DNA of 64,000 nt. Origin: Vicugna vicugna. Lineage: Eukaryota. The stretch is from assembly GCA_013265495.1 (NCBI GenBank), contig MU058065.1:7688302-7752301 (forward strand), read 5' to 3'. The position numbers and the translations under genes were made by a program. The notes beneath the pieces are model-generated. The model was not told the origin of the DNA and ran no database searches. It worked only from the letters and a program-made list of their open reading frames with translations. Shown here in pieces: positions 25,666 through 38,020 of the stretch; the first letter of the stretch is position 1, and each line of letters begins with the position of its first letter.

Positions 25666-26459
25666 AACAACCCTCCAGCCTCACCTCGTAAGGCTTGTTG
25701 AAGGGACTTAAGGGTTCAGGCAAACAGGTTGCATCATTCCTGCAACCAACCGTTCTTTCTGCCCCGTGCTTCTTCAAACGTATCTCTCCAGACCCATGTT
25801 AACATGTTACTCAGTTTTCAGACTTGACAGTAAATGCCAGGCTCTCCTTGAAATGTTCTCTGCACAGCCCAGTCTCTTAGTCATCCTTGTATCGTAGACA
25901 TTTTTGTGCTTCTCTAAGGCTGCCATTCATCTACATAAGCGAGTTGAAGGAAAGGATCGTGCCTAGTATTTCCTGTGCTTTGTACGGAGCAGGTCCTTCT
26001 CCAGTGTGTGTGATAAAGGTGGGTCGGGGGTGCTGGGGTGGAGGACCAAGGTCATCTCCTGCCCTTAGGTCATTAGGCAGTCTATCCCTGTAGTTGGTTA
26101 ATTGCAGGCAGATGACTCAAACCAGGAGAAAGACTGGGCCCATGACAAATATATGGCCCTGAGTTTAATGAGAAATATCTTCTCTCCTCTGTCCAGGGGC
26201 TTGAGGGTTGTAGGGAATATGAATTTGGAAATAGGGAAGCTGATATAAGTCTCTGGGGATCTGGAAGGACACACTTTGTACATTGACCAACAAGATTTTT
26301 TTGCTTTGTGGGGTGTGTAAAAATATCAAGGTATTCATCATAAAACACTGTTTAGAAATCATTAAAGGTCTTGATCTACTGCCTCCTTCTTTTGAAAGCC
26401 ACTGTAGCAGTTACTCAAAGATGGAGAGGGCAAGAAAAGGAGAAGAAATAAATGTAAAT

Positions 26460-26640
26460 AAAAGTGCCTTGAGCAGAGCTGGACCCTGGCACGTTCTGCC
26501 AAAAGGTGTCTTGTTTAAATGTAAGCCTCACAATCCTGTGAGGTGGCCTTTTCAATTTATAGATGAAGAAATTAGACTCAAGGGAGGTCCTTTCCCAAGT
26601 TCACTGGCCACCCAGCTAAGCCAAAATGAGTGGAGTTGGG
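26460..26640 (-). mobile_element. MIR SINE
   Basis: cctcacaatcctgtgaggtg...tttatagatgaagaaattagactcaagggagg...ttcccaagttcac. Confidence 0.7.
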
Positions 26641-27486
26641 CATCTGCAGGTGCACAGCACACTTCAGACATTGGCTCTCCTCCGGGACAGGGTCTCAGTT
26701 CTTCAAAAGCACCCTGCGGATCTTCAGTGTTTCTGGATGGTCACCAATGTCAGACCCTGAGCTTAAGACATGACGAGCCCTGTCTGCTTCTACAGACTAG
26801 ACCTTACACAGGGGATGGTGGTTGCTGGTGGAGAACCAGCCCTGCCGAGATGCAATGCCCACCTGGAACCAGGAGGAACGCAAAGAGGCAATCTAGGGCT
26901 TTCAGGATCCATGCTGTCACTAGCATCCAGGGTCCTCTCACCAGCAAGTTAGAGGGGCTGAGGTGTCCCAAGCTTCTGGACAGCTGGACTCCTGGGAATG
27001 CCCCAGCTTACCTTAGGAGAAGAGTGCCAGGCTTTGGGACCTGTGCTCTCTGAGAAGGGCTTGAAGATCTCGCATGGACTTCTAGCAAATCCTTACGTTT
27101 TCACCACTTTATTCCATTTTCCTGTATAATATCCTTGCTTCTGGCAAAACCTCTCCCATGCTGGAGTCTGCTGAAGTGGGACTGGGTAGATAAAAAAGGA
27201 GGTACCAAAAACAGGGAGAGTGAAGGAATAAAACGGTCTGCATATAGTTAAGGTGCTGGTAGGTAAAGCATTATGCAAAGTCCTCCCTTGCAGGGACCTG
27301 CTGCCCCTTCCCACTCTCCCACCTCCCAGGAACTTCGATGTGGGAGTGTCTCACCAACATAGAAATAAGTCTGGCTTGGTCTGTTGTGAGTGAAGGTCAA
27401 GGCCAAAACTTCACTGGGCTGAAGTGTAAAAGTCATGAGCACCATCTGGCCAGAATGGGTTAGTAGGGTTCTTTGTTTAAAAAAAA

Positions 27487-27570
27487 ATGTGTGACTGAAT
27501 CACTTTGTTGTACACCTGAAACTAACATTGTAGATTAACTACACTTCAATAAAAAATAGGAATAAAAAAG
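27487..27570 (+). mobile_element. Severely 5'-truncated LINE-1 3' end
   Basis: gactgaatcactttgttgtacacctgaaactaacattgtagattaactacacttcaataaaaa is a typical laurasiatherian L1 terminus with a poly(A) signal. Confidence 0.85.
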
Positions 27571-27662
27571 CCAAGAAGATACAGGAGAAAGTGAGTGGAA
27601 TAATTTCCAGGAAGAGAGAGCTACATGTGAGATGGTATCTGAAGTGTGTGCCTCCCACAAAG

Positions 27663-27717
27663 ATGTGTGTGTGCGTGCACATGTGCGTGTGTGTGTGCAC
27701 GTGTGTGTGCATGTGTA
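27663..27717. repeat. Alternating purine-pyrimidine (TG/CA/CG) tract
   Basis: 55 bp of uninterrupted purine/pyrimidine alternation, checked base by base. Confidence 0.9.
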
Positions 27718-28229
27718 AGGGGATGCACAGGAGCATGGGTGGGCATGCACACCATGTCCAGAGGTGCGCATGTGTATTTGTGCATGTCAGTGGAGGGGTT
27801 GCTTGGGTGTGATAAGAAGAGCTGACAATTGAAGCACAAAAGTGCTAACTCCAAGGAAAGGGGGATCCTCCGGACCCCAGTCTGGCCTGCTTCCCCTTCA
27901 CTTTCTCCTTGGTCGTCTTCATTTCTGTCTTAGGTTTCTATAAACACTGCAGTTATTTATTTTATTTTCGTTTGAAATGTTCAACAAGCCCCGAAAGGAA
28001 AAGCTGTTGACACAATTTGTGGCGTCTCCAGAGAGCCGTTGCACCACAAGCATTTTCTGCAAGGGCTTGGCGAGGCCGCCTCTCCCCTGTACGCTTTGCC
28101 CCCGGTCTCTGTAGAAGCCCCTGTGCACCCTTCCCTGGCCTAGGGCCCTGAGAATCCCAGGCTCCTTAATCTGACCCATGTCTGTCCCCAGAATGCAGCC
28201 CCATGGAGAATCTCTCATCTGGGAGGGTG

Positions 28230-28415
28230 ATTAATAAAATGATTAACAATTCTAACAGCATCAGCAACACCCAGAATCATGACTGAGCTGCTGAAGTTGA
28301 AGAAGAGGCACAGGTATGAACACGTGTCACCCTCAGCCCAGGCCTATCTGGTTGGTGCTGTTATTATTCCCATTTGACAGATGTGGAGCCTGAGGCACAG
28401 AAATTAAGAGACTTG
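28230..28415 (-). mobile_element. MIR SINE
   Basis: ttattattcccatttgacagatgtggagcctgaggcacagaaattaagagacttg. Confidence 0.75.
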
Positions 28416-28439
28416 ATTATAAGAGGCAAGGCTGGCCCG

Positions 28440-28612
28440 TGCTGGGCCCAGGGTGAGGTCAATGAGGAGCCTCAGGCACAAAATTGAAAGGATTCACAAA
28501 CAAACTCAGTGATCAAGATAAACAACATTTTAATGCAATATTTTAAAAATCCATACTAATGCAAAACATCCATGATGAACAAAATATCAAGATTTTACAT
28601 AAAGACGGGACC
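28440..28612. mobile_element. hAT-Tip100-type MITE fragment (MER96B-like)
   Basis: agggtgagg...cctcaggcacaaaatt...aaactcagtgatcaagataaacaacattttaatgcaatattttaaaaatc...catgatgaacaaaatatcaa; subfamily name recalled and uncertain. Confidence 0.6.
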
Positions 28613-29764
28613 TAGATTCCATTGCAGTCAGTCTGGATGCAGCTCCCCACGTCTGCCGGTGCTGCCCCGGTTAGCACTCACTCAGGGCTCAGGAAGTGCC
28701 GAGCAGGGCACTCGCTTTTGCCCAAGTTACCTCTCAGTCACTCTTGTGTTCTCCGGCAGTGGGTGTCGTAATCCTCACTGAAGAGACGGGGAAACTGACG
28801 CTGACTCTCTCACTATCGGCCCGTTGTTTGTTTATGTTTGCTTCTGCCTTCAAAGAACAACAAACCCAAATAGAATCTTCAGCAGGACTTGATCCCAAAT
28901 TCCCTCTGAGCCCAGTGCTGTTTCCATGAGCTCACGGTTGCCCTTGGTGACCGGGTCTCCCCTCATCCCTGGCGAGAAATGGAATCTGACAGGCAGGAGG
29001 GGTGTCCCTCCAGGAGGCAGAGGACTGGGAGCCAGTGTGGGGTGAGACAGTACGGAGGCTGTGACTCCAGCAACTTCGTCCTGACAAGCAGTCTTCTGCT
29101 GCCTCAGCCAAACCTCCCCTGAGACACCTCAAGCCCAGCCAAGCTGTCACCCTTTGCTAGTATCCCATCTCCTGCACAGAGGCCCCCCGTGCAAATGTGC
29201 AAAAGATTCTTCTCCCCTTCGGTTCATCACCAGCCTTCCCAGGGCCACCTTGCTTGCCAAGCCTCCCCTGCTGCTCCTTCTTGACTCAACAACACATAAG
29301 ACACAGGCATATGTGTGCACAAGACTCCATTCACACTCCAGTCCAGCTCCTCTAAGCAGGGACCCATGAGTTTGCAGAGGGGTGCAGGGAAATGTGGAGG
29401 GAGGTGGAAGACCCTGGAGCCAGGTGGCAGCTCTTGAGGAAGGGAAATGGAACTTTTGCTGTTTCCAAGCCCGAACCCAGGTCACTGGACCAATCATGGT
29501 GGGCACACATACCTGCTTGACTGTGCTCCTTGAATGTGCCAGGAGCAACATTTTGGCAGATTCAAGGCAGACGTGGGGGTGCTAATTCTAAAGGGGTCAG
29601 CCAGAAGTCATGTCCATCCATCCTTGTCTCTAAGAATCTCAGACACTGTTGCCTCTCCCTCACTTCTGAGACCTCATCTCAATGTGTCTCATTCTTCCCC
29701 TGTGGATGCCCCTTGACTTCTAACCACCCCCCATCATCCCCACCCTGTAGGGTGGGAGATTGAA

Positions 29765-29900
29765 AAGGGGCTTTCAAGTCAGGCAGGAATAGATTCAAAT
29801 CCAGACTTTCCTTCCTACTCACAGGGTGGTCTGGGACACATTGCTCCTCCTCTCTCACTGAAGTTTCAAATCTGTAAAATAGAATAAAGGTGTCTACATA
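29765..29900 (+). mobile_element. MIR SINE fragment
   Basis: ggctttcaagtcaggcaggaatagattcaaatccagact...atctgtaaaatagaataaag. Confidence 0.65.
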
Positions 29901-30959
29901 AAGGACCAGGTAAAATTCTCAGCAAAATGTATATTAACCCTCTTCCCTGGTTTCTTTAAGGCCCTTTCAGCATGGCCTCATCTTGCTTGCCCATAAGGGT
30001 GTTGACAGAGGCCCTTTCACAAACTTGTATGTATTGTCTTCAGTATCCAGCCTTCAGAGCAGCTCCCTAGGTTTTCCCACTAGCACTGCACCCCACCTCA
30101 CCCCCAACACGCAGGATCTAACACCCCTCTTCTAGCTAGTCATCAAGATGAGGACAAAACCAAGTGCAGATTGCTTTAGAATCTTCACTCCAACTCACTT
30201 TATCTCTTCTCTCCCATTAACTTCTCATGATGGAACACGAAGGGTGGGATGGTGGCATCCACTTTCATATCCACAAAGAAGAGGACAAACAAACTCAGGA
30301 GACAAGAGATGTGTTTTGAAGACTCAAGAAAGAGGGTCATACCACTCAGGCACACTGCCCCACGCCTGAGTCACTGAGCATAAGGAGTGATGAAGAGCAT
30401 ATGAGACACGATGCTGGGCATGAGGGCACCCCATAAATACCACCCCTTTTCCCATCAAAATTCTGAGTCAGCAGAGGAATAAGAAGAAAGGAGAAAGCAG
30501 GTGGCGAGCACAATATTACCCTTGTTATGGTTAAAGCTGATGAATAGGGCTCAATCTGGGGACAAGTGGGCTTTCTCACTCTGAATCCCAGAATTGCATG
30601 GAATGCCCCACTGTTACAAACCTTGCTGGGTTGGGGCAGCGTCTCTGGCAGGGCAGATTCTGCCCCTGGAAAACTTGAGACCTGGAAGGGCAGGACAGAG
30701 CTTGTGTTTCCCACAGTCAAGCTCATTCCAAGAGAAAGAGGACAAAGAAGGGACCAGGCTATACTTTCCCTTCCAAATTTACCAGATAGGTCACTTCTCC
30801 TTCAGGGGAGGAGTGAGCAGATGAAGGGAGGCCACGAGTGCTTACCCAGCAGAGCCCCTTTCATCTAGCAGGAAACATCAGGAATAAGGAAGGTGTACTC
30901 AGTGCCCCCTCAGCCCTGATACAACAATTTTTATCTTTCAATTTGATAGCAAGGAAAAG

Positions 30960-31085
30960 GATTATACATATACACACATATCTATGTATATATACACACA
31001 TATCTATGTATATATACAATCTATTAAGCATACATCGATGTATACATATAGTATATGTTTGCATATACACATATATATGTTATCT
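30960..31085. repeat. Degenerate (TA/CA)n low-complexity tract
   Basis: atacatatacacacatatctatgtatatatacacac... Confidence 0.85.
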
Positions 31086-32739
31086 AAAAATTAGAAAATA
31101 ATAGTAACCAGCCTTTAATTGTTTTGTGAACAATAAATGCACTTAGCATTTAAGAAATGCAGTTAACAAGTTCTAATCATTATGACAACAAGAACAGTAA
31201 CTAAACACTGGATCAGGAGGCATATATTCGGTCACATTGATTCAGACATATTTACTAGTCAATGGAGAGCGGCACAAATACACAGATACATGTAGGTCAA
31301 AGCAGAGTAAGAGAAGCACCGAAGAGTCCAGCAGAGAGACAAACGGCATTGACCTAGGGCAATCAAGAAAGTCCCCATGACCAAGAGGACACATGCCCCA
31401 GATGTTCTGGAAAGATGCTCTAAGGCAAAGAAGTTGGAACAGGGACAGTAGTCCAGTCCGAATGGAGTATTTATTCTTGAAGAAAGTAATGGGAAGCAAG
31501 TTTTCATGTTTTGATCCACATCCCACTAGTCTCTCTCTGGGCTTGCTGCTACCCTTAGGTATAGGAAAAGCAGCAGCCGAGATGAGCTTGGCAAATCCTC
31601 CAAATTAGGGAGTGGGGCGTACACACCCTTCCAAACCACTCTTCCTAACGTCAGTGTTCTTTCCCCTACGTGGGATGCTGTTTAGAACTGAGAGTTCATC
31701 TCTGTCTGGCTCTAGCACCTCCCTGCTAACGCCCATCCCTTAGTGGACAATCCTGTCTCCTTGCTGCTTTATGTTTTCCTCTGTTCCTCTCTGATCCAGC
31801 CACAACAACAATCTACCCCCTCCCCCAGAGCCCACACCCTACCATGGCTGGCACCCTTTTATCAGACTGCATCTCTGGGTGTTGGTGCGCAGAGCAAGCT
31901 CATGTCAGCACTTCCACCTCTCCTCCCAACCCAGTCCCTCCGGCCCCTTAACCACACACCATGCCGTCTCCTGACTTTCTCCCTATCTGTCAGCACATTC
32001 CCAGTTTAAGCTAACCCGGCCACACTCCCCTGGAGACACATGAGAGCACCTCCCTAGCCTAGATGCGTACATTTTCTCCTAGTTCAACAGAAATTGTGGC
32101 AACAGAGCCATGTTAGAAATGCCAAAACAGAGCCCTGGGTGCCTGTGTGAGTAAGGAGCAAGCAGTCATTGCTGAGTTGTCTGCTTCGAGGTCCCAGGGC
32201 CCACAGAGGACACTAATTGGATATCCCAGTGTTCAAATCAGTTGAAGGTTGGCTGTTCACATCCAGTTCCTGTTTTATTTAAGTTGTGGCCTGGTAGAAA
32301 TTTTAGCAGCCACATTTGTGCCTTAAACTCAGGTACCAACAATCTCATTTGAGTCCTTTTTTCAGGTGTGAAATGAAATCTTATTGTCAAGAACCAAGCT
32401 CAGTTCGCTGACATTTTTCCAATATTAGAGGGGTGCCAAGAACAACTTTTTGACTTTGCATCTGCTCCAGGCAGACAGACAGGTCAATACAGAGAGTCAT
32501 TTGGAAGAGAAGATGCCCACAGGGTCTGCTAGTTGGATTAGTATCACTCCTGCTCAGTGACAGTGGTTCTAGATCCAGAGTGAACTCGACCAAGGCAAAA
32601 GCATTAGAAACTCAGTCCTAACAGAACAGTGCTCCGTACGACTCTTAGTGGAAACCTCTTTGGCTAGACACACCATGAGCATTGACCCTAGTTCTGCCCA
32701 GAAGAGCTGATTATGGCTGGTCACTCAGGCTAAGCATTC

Positions 32740-33016
32740 AGCATCACTGACGTCTTCCCCTCACTAACTCTCCATGTTCAATTGAACAAACTCAGCTTGA
32801 TTGCACAGTGTTCTTCCTTTCCAGTTCCATTGCTACCAGCTCAGACGTCTCCCACTGACCTTCACCAGGATTACTGGAATAGCCTCCTCCATCGTCTGAC
32901 TCTTCATTTCTTCCATCTCAACCTACCCAGCACTCTGAAATCAGATTTATTTTCCTGAACTTAAACCCATTGTTAAATAATTTTACTGTTCCATATGTCC
33001 CACCAAGGACCAAAGT
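32740..33016 (+). mobile_element. L2 LINE fragment (appears to continue at about 33600-33790 and 34330-34470)
   Basis: ccttcaccaggattactggaatagcctcctc... is typical L2 sequence; the tail ends ...ttggttgagtaaatgaa near 34470. Confidence 0.6.
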
Positions 33017-33412
33017 TGTCCATCAACAGATGAATAGATAAAGCAGATGTGGTATAGAGATACAATGGAATATCACTCAGTTACAAAAAAGGATGAAACT
33101 TTGTCATCTGCAGCAACATGGATGGGCTTGCAGGGCATTATGCTAAGTGAAGCAAGTCGGAGAAGGAGAAATACTTTATGTTATCACTTACATGTGGGAT
33201 CTAAAAGGTACAACAAAACCAGTGAATAAAACAAAGAGAAGCAGACTCACAGATACAGAGAACAAACTAGCGGTTACCAACGGGGAGAGGGAAGAAGGGA
33301 GAGGCAATACAGGAGTAGAGGGGAAAAAAGATTATTATGGGATTATATGAAATCATGTGTGTGAAATTTTTGAAAATTGTGAAACACTATAGAATTTAAA
33401 GAATCTTTCATT
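33017..33412 (+). mobile_element. 5'-truncated LINE-1 (ORF2 C-terminus plus 3' UTR)
   Basis: The frame reads CPSTDE*IKQMWYRDTMEYHSVTKKDETLSSAATWMGLQGIMLSE, a degraded match to the L1 ORF2 C-terminus (CPSTDEWIKKMWYIYTMEYYSAIKK...AATWMDLE). L1 3' UTR follows. Confidence 0.9.
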
Positions 33413-33416
33413 GAGT

Positions 33417-33600
33417 GGGGAGAATGTAGCTGAGTGGTAGAGTGAACGCTTAGCATGCACGAGGTACTGGGTCCAATCCCATTACCTCCATTGACATAAA
33501 TACATACATACATACATACATACATACATACATACATACATACATAATATAATTACCCCCAAACTAAAAATACATTAATTAAATTAATTTTAAATAAAAT
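33417..33600 (+). mobile_element. tRNA-Ala-derived camelid SINE (vic-1-like) with internal (TACA)n
   Basis: ggggagaatgtagctgagtggtagag...gcttagcatgcacgaggtactgggtccaatcccattacctcca carries Pol III A and B boxes, followed by a repeat tract and aattaccccc. Confidence 0.85.
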
Positions 33601-33799
33601 ACCTCATCTGCCTTTCCAATCATACGATTCTACTCCTCTCCCTGGACCCCAAGACACAGTCAGCCCCCGCAACTCACCATTGCCCAAATTCCATCTTCCT
33701 GTGCCTTGCCTTTCTTTTGTAGGAATCATATTATTCTTCACTCCATCTTTTCCTTATTGTCTATCTATTGAGTAATAGACATCCCCTCAGATCTGTTTT

Positions 33800-34265
33800 A
33801 CAGTAGGAGGTATTTATGATTGGCTGGCCCAGCACTCCTTTATTTGGGGATTTTACTTCTTCCACACTCCATTCACATGTGTAGGCACCTGACTCAGCAT
33901 GGCCAATGCAAGCATTTCATCTCCAAGACAGAGTGATTGGTCCAGATTTGATAATGAGAGCCATGGAGGAGATAGCAGCATCTTCTGGGAGACTGGACAG
34001 GTGGGTGTTAGGAACTAGGAGGTCTGTGGGTAAGTGCTCCCAGAAGCCATCTTTCTTGGTGCCTAGAGAGAGTCTGTGTGTCCCATCTCCAGGCTCTGCT
34101 CTGCACATTGGCTTCACTCTCCAGCAGAGTCCCAGTGCCATCACAAGGTTTGGATACATCTGTATCTGAAGCCAGCCTTGCCTTTGAACTTAACCAGTTG
34201 CAAGAAGCAATAAATAGTTTTCTATTTCCTTTCAGTTAATAATTCCCTTTTATTTGTAATGAGTA
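33800..34265 (+). mobile_element. MLT1J-like MaLR LTR
   Basis: ggcccagcactcc...ggccaat...gtgattggtccag...tggatacatctgtatctgaagccagcc...gcaataaat. Confidence 0.6.
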
Positions 34266-35889
34266 TTTCTCTTAAAAATAATAATTCACAAGGACGAAGA
34301 CGTCTATGCATATCCTGCCGTGTAGTGTTTACTACAGTGTAAGTATCATTCCCACAGAGCACACAGTCAGCCGCTCCAGGTCAGTTTATCTTATGCACAT
34401 CTGTGTCCTCTGTGGTACCTAGCACATAATAGGACCTCAAACATACTGTTTGCTTGGTTGAGTAAATGAAAAGATAAATATTAGACAAAAATAACCTGTT
34501 CCCCAACATGACTCTCACTGACCACCCTCATCCATCCTTAAACTCTGGAAATGTAGGCAAATACACATTTTGTTGCCAAGGACATTTCCAATCTATAAAA
34601 GTAAAATAAAATAACATTATCTATGTTTCCAGACTTTATGGACACCCTGTAGAATTCTAAGTGGGAAAATATGACTTGGGGGCTGCATGGATTCAGCCTT
34701 TCCCACAGCTCTGGGTCTCAGCTGAGTCAGCTGAGAGACGCTGTCTCAGCTCCGTGGGCCCTCATAATTAATGCCCAGACTCTGCTGGACCTGGGAACTG
34801 AGTAACTGCTGAGGGAGGCTTTTAAAGATGAGAAGGAAGAGATGGAACCTCTCAAGGAGCACCCTGAAAAGGGAGCTAGCATCAAAATACCCACGTTTAA
34901 GAACACTAGCCAGACAATCCAGGCACAAGAGCCTGCCTGCCATGTTTCTTACTGGCTGGGGCAAGTTCAGACTAGGTTTCTACCCCATTCTATGACAAGA
35001 TGATCTGTTTATCCAAGGGGAAGTTAAGGAGTACTTCAGTTTATTTAGTGGTTATGTCTTTTTCTAATTTCCTGTTTCATCTTCCCGTATTTGGAGTGGT
35101 TGGCGTTGGCCGATGCCTCTGGAAGGGGCCTTCTTTGGTACTGGGCTGCTGGGCCTGCACTTGCTTCTGACTTTCTTGCCCAACCAGCCCCCACCTACCC
35201 AAACCACTGTTCTTCCCTGTTCTTCGGAAAGAACCCAGTGGCCCAGTGAATAGCTGTTTCCAGTCGGCTAGCCAAGTGGAAACTGGGTCAAAGCCCTAGC
35301 CTGTGCCTCCCGGGTGCCCGCAGAGGTTGGTGGGCAGACAGCACAGTATCTTCTCCCCTCCACATGCTCGATGGGGGAGACCTTGATTCTCTCCATCAGA
35401 CAATATGGGCCCCCCATTCATTGTGTGCATCTAGGATATTAAGAAGCTGATGCCATGCCTGATCAAACCTATCCTCTCGCTTCATGGCAGCGCAGAGGCA
35501 GAGGCTCCCCAGTTGGAAGCAGACATTATTGGTTTGGGATGGGGATGGGGGTGGGGCACATCTTTCTCCCTGAGGTAAGACTTCTTCCAACAAGAATGTC
35601 TTGCCTGCTCCTCAACAGGGTTACAATCTGGAAGCTTGAATAATGGGATTTGAATGAAACTATTAGAGTGAGTGCACATGGGCACACCATGGACGTTTGT
35701 GTGTACACATGGTTATACACACACAGGGAACATGCACATGTGTCAACACTTGTTTGCACACTGTCTTGCACAGAAATGTGGACAAAGAGACAAAGTGGAG
35801 GAAAAGGATGAAAGAATCAATTCAGAAGAAAGACAAAGGTAGTTAAAAGACTACGATCAGAAGAGACATCCCCTACCCTACCCTGTCCT

Positions 35890-37395
35890 AGGCCCTTTTG
35901 CCTCCTTGAGACTCTCACACTAGAAAACTTTTCCTCCCTTTCCTCTGTCTTTAACATCTACTTCCCACTTCTTCCTTATGTATCTTACCCTGAATCACTC
36001 AACCAAATCCATGACTGCCATTGCCTCCATGTGATGACCATGACATCTAAACCCCCCACCCAGACCACTCTCTTCTTGTGTATACAAGCATCTCCTGAAA
36101 ATCACCTCTTGATGACATGAGGCCAAACATCACAAATACCAGCCTTACCGTGCACCCCTCCTCTCCAACCAGTTTTCTTCCCCTCCCATTGCTGTTGCCA
36201 GTAGATTTAGAACTGCCCCAAATGGAAACACTTGTCTTTTCCTAAACTGCCTTCTTAATGCCCCATATTCAATTGGTAGCCAGATCTTATCACATCTCCC
36301 TCTTTGCTATGAACTGAATGTCTGTGTCCCTCCAAAATTCATATATTGAAACCTTAATCTCCAACATGATGGTATTTGGAGATGTGTGTTTGGGGTGTAA
36401 TTAGGTCATGAAGGTGGAACCCTCATAATGAAATTAGTGCCCTTCTAAGAAGAAGAAAGCCAGTTTTCTCTCTCTCTTTCATGTAAGGACAGAGTGAAAG
36501 GCAGCAGACCAGGAAGCAGGCTCTCACCAGACTCCAGATCTGCTGATTCCTTTGACTTTTCAACCTTAAAAACTATGAGAAATAAACATTTATTGTTTAA
36601 GCCATCCAGTCTACTTTTATAGCAGTGTGGATTAAGATACTCTTAAATGTCTCTCAGATTGTTTTCTCACCCACCATCATCCCCATTTCTCTGCTCATTT
36701 TAGAGTTCTTATCTTTTTTTATTTGGATTATTGGTATAAAATCTAAACTGGTCCCATGACTTCACTCTCATGTACTTTATTCCATCTCCCCTCTTGAGCC
36801 AAAAGAATAAACTCTATAAAATATAAAGTTAATCCTAACAATAGGCTGCTTAAAAGTCCTTCAGAGGCTCTTCAGAATCAGTTAGCCCTTCTGCATGGCA
36901 GAAACTGCTCTTTGCAAGGTAGCTCTGCTGACCGCTCCAGCCTGCGCCTCCAGATTTCTCTGTCTTTCTCCCAAATCCAACTTCTCCAAGTGCCTGAATT
37001 CTGTGTTCTATCCTATGCTGCCTCACACCTTAGGGCTTTGAATAAGCTGTTTCCTCTCCCTGGAATATCCCACCTCCATGGTCTAGAAAGCTTCTCATCC
37101 TCTGTCAGCTCTAAGCCTAAATGCTATTTCCTCCGTGAAGACTCCTAGCATTCCTGGGATTGACTTAAAGGTAACCCTTTGGTTACTCATGCTACTTGGC
37201 ACATTTCTTTATTCGTATTATGTTTTTATTGTGTTATAATTATGTGTACATCTGGGTTCCAAGCCAGACTGTAATCTCTTCGGAGGCAGGAATCGTGTCT
37301 TTCCTCCCTCTTTGTATACCCATTACCAGAACACTGTCTGCTAAGACAGTGGGTTTGTAGTCCATAGCAAGTATTCATTAAGTGAATGAGTGAAC
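35890..37395 (+). mobile_element. L2 LINE (about 1.2 kb, split by MLT1A)
   Basis: Pyrimidine-rich L2 body and the classic 3' end gactgtaatctcttcggaggcaggaatcgtgtc...aagtattcattaagtgaatgagtgaa. Confidence 0.75.
36305..36639 (+). mobile_element. MLT1A-type MaLR solo LTR with 5-bp target-site duplication
   Basis: tgctatgaactgaatgtctgtgtccctccaaaattcatat...aataaacatttattgtttaagccatccagtct...taagata, flanked by CTCTT at 36300-36304 and 36640-36644. Confidence 0.92.
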
Positions 37396-37824
37396 AAAGA
37401 AACAACCAGATAAACAGTGATTGGAATAAGAGAGAAAAGGGCCACAAACTGAAAGGCATTATATGCACCATGGCTTGGAGGTAAATGAGTCAGAAAACAT
37501 AAAAATCTCCATACCTCTGCAGCATCAGTATTCAGCATAGTATCTCTGGGGGTGGAATCAAGAAGAAAGAAGGCAGTGAACTAGAGAGGAAATTCAGTGT
37601 GAACCAACAATTGTGGTGAAAATGGTAGTAGCCTGAACTATAATTACAATAGGGAGTTGCTTGCTATTAAACTAACTAGATGCAATTTAACTCATTAATT
37701 GGTTTTTCAAGTAATGAAAGACTCAGTCTCTGTGGCTTGGGAGAGTGGAATTAGTTCCAAAAGGAAAGTAGGGAGAGGCATATTTCAGTGCAATATCATA
37801 TCTTTGTAGCAATAGATCTGCTTA

Positions 37825-38020
37825 TATTGGGTCAAAATGTAGGAGTCTTCAATCTGCCACTTGACAGCTCTGCAACCTTGAGCAAGTTCCTCAACCTTTC
37901 TGAGCCCCAATTTCCTCTCAGTAAAATGGGTGTCATAATAATATACACCTGAACATAAACATTATAATGATATAATGTATTTAATGGACTATAAGCTCTT
38001 CATGCATATGGACTTTTATT
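37825..38020 (+). mobile_element. MIR SINE
   Basis: tgccacttgacagctctgcaaccttgagcaagttcctcaacctttctgagccccaatttcctctcagtaaaatggg. Confidence 0.8.

Noticed and set aside
26283..27053. Longest ORF (256 aa, + strand)
   Set aside because: Non-ATG start, runs through an antisense MIR (26460-26640), and resembles no protein I recognise.
33047..33350. ORFs with protein-like sequence (MWYRDTMEYHS...)
   Set aside because: Degraded LINE-1 ORF2 terminus and 3' UTR, not a host gene.
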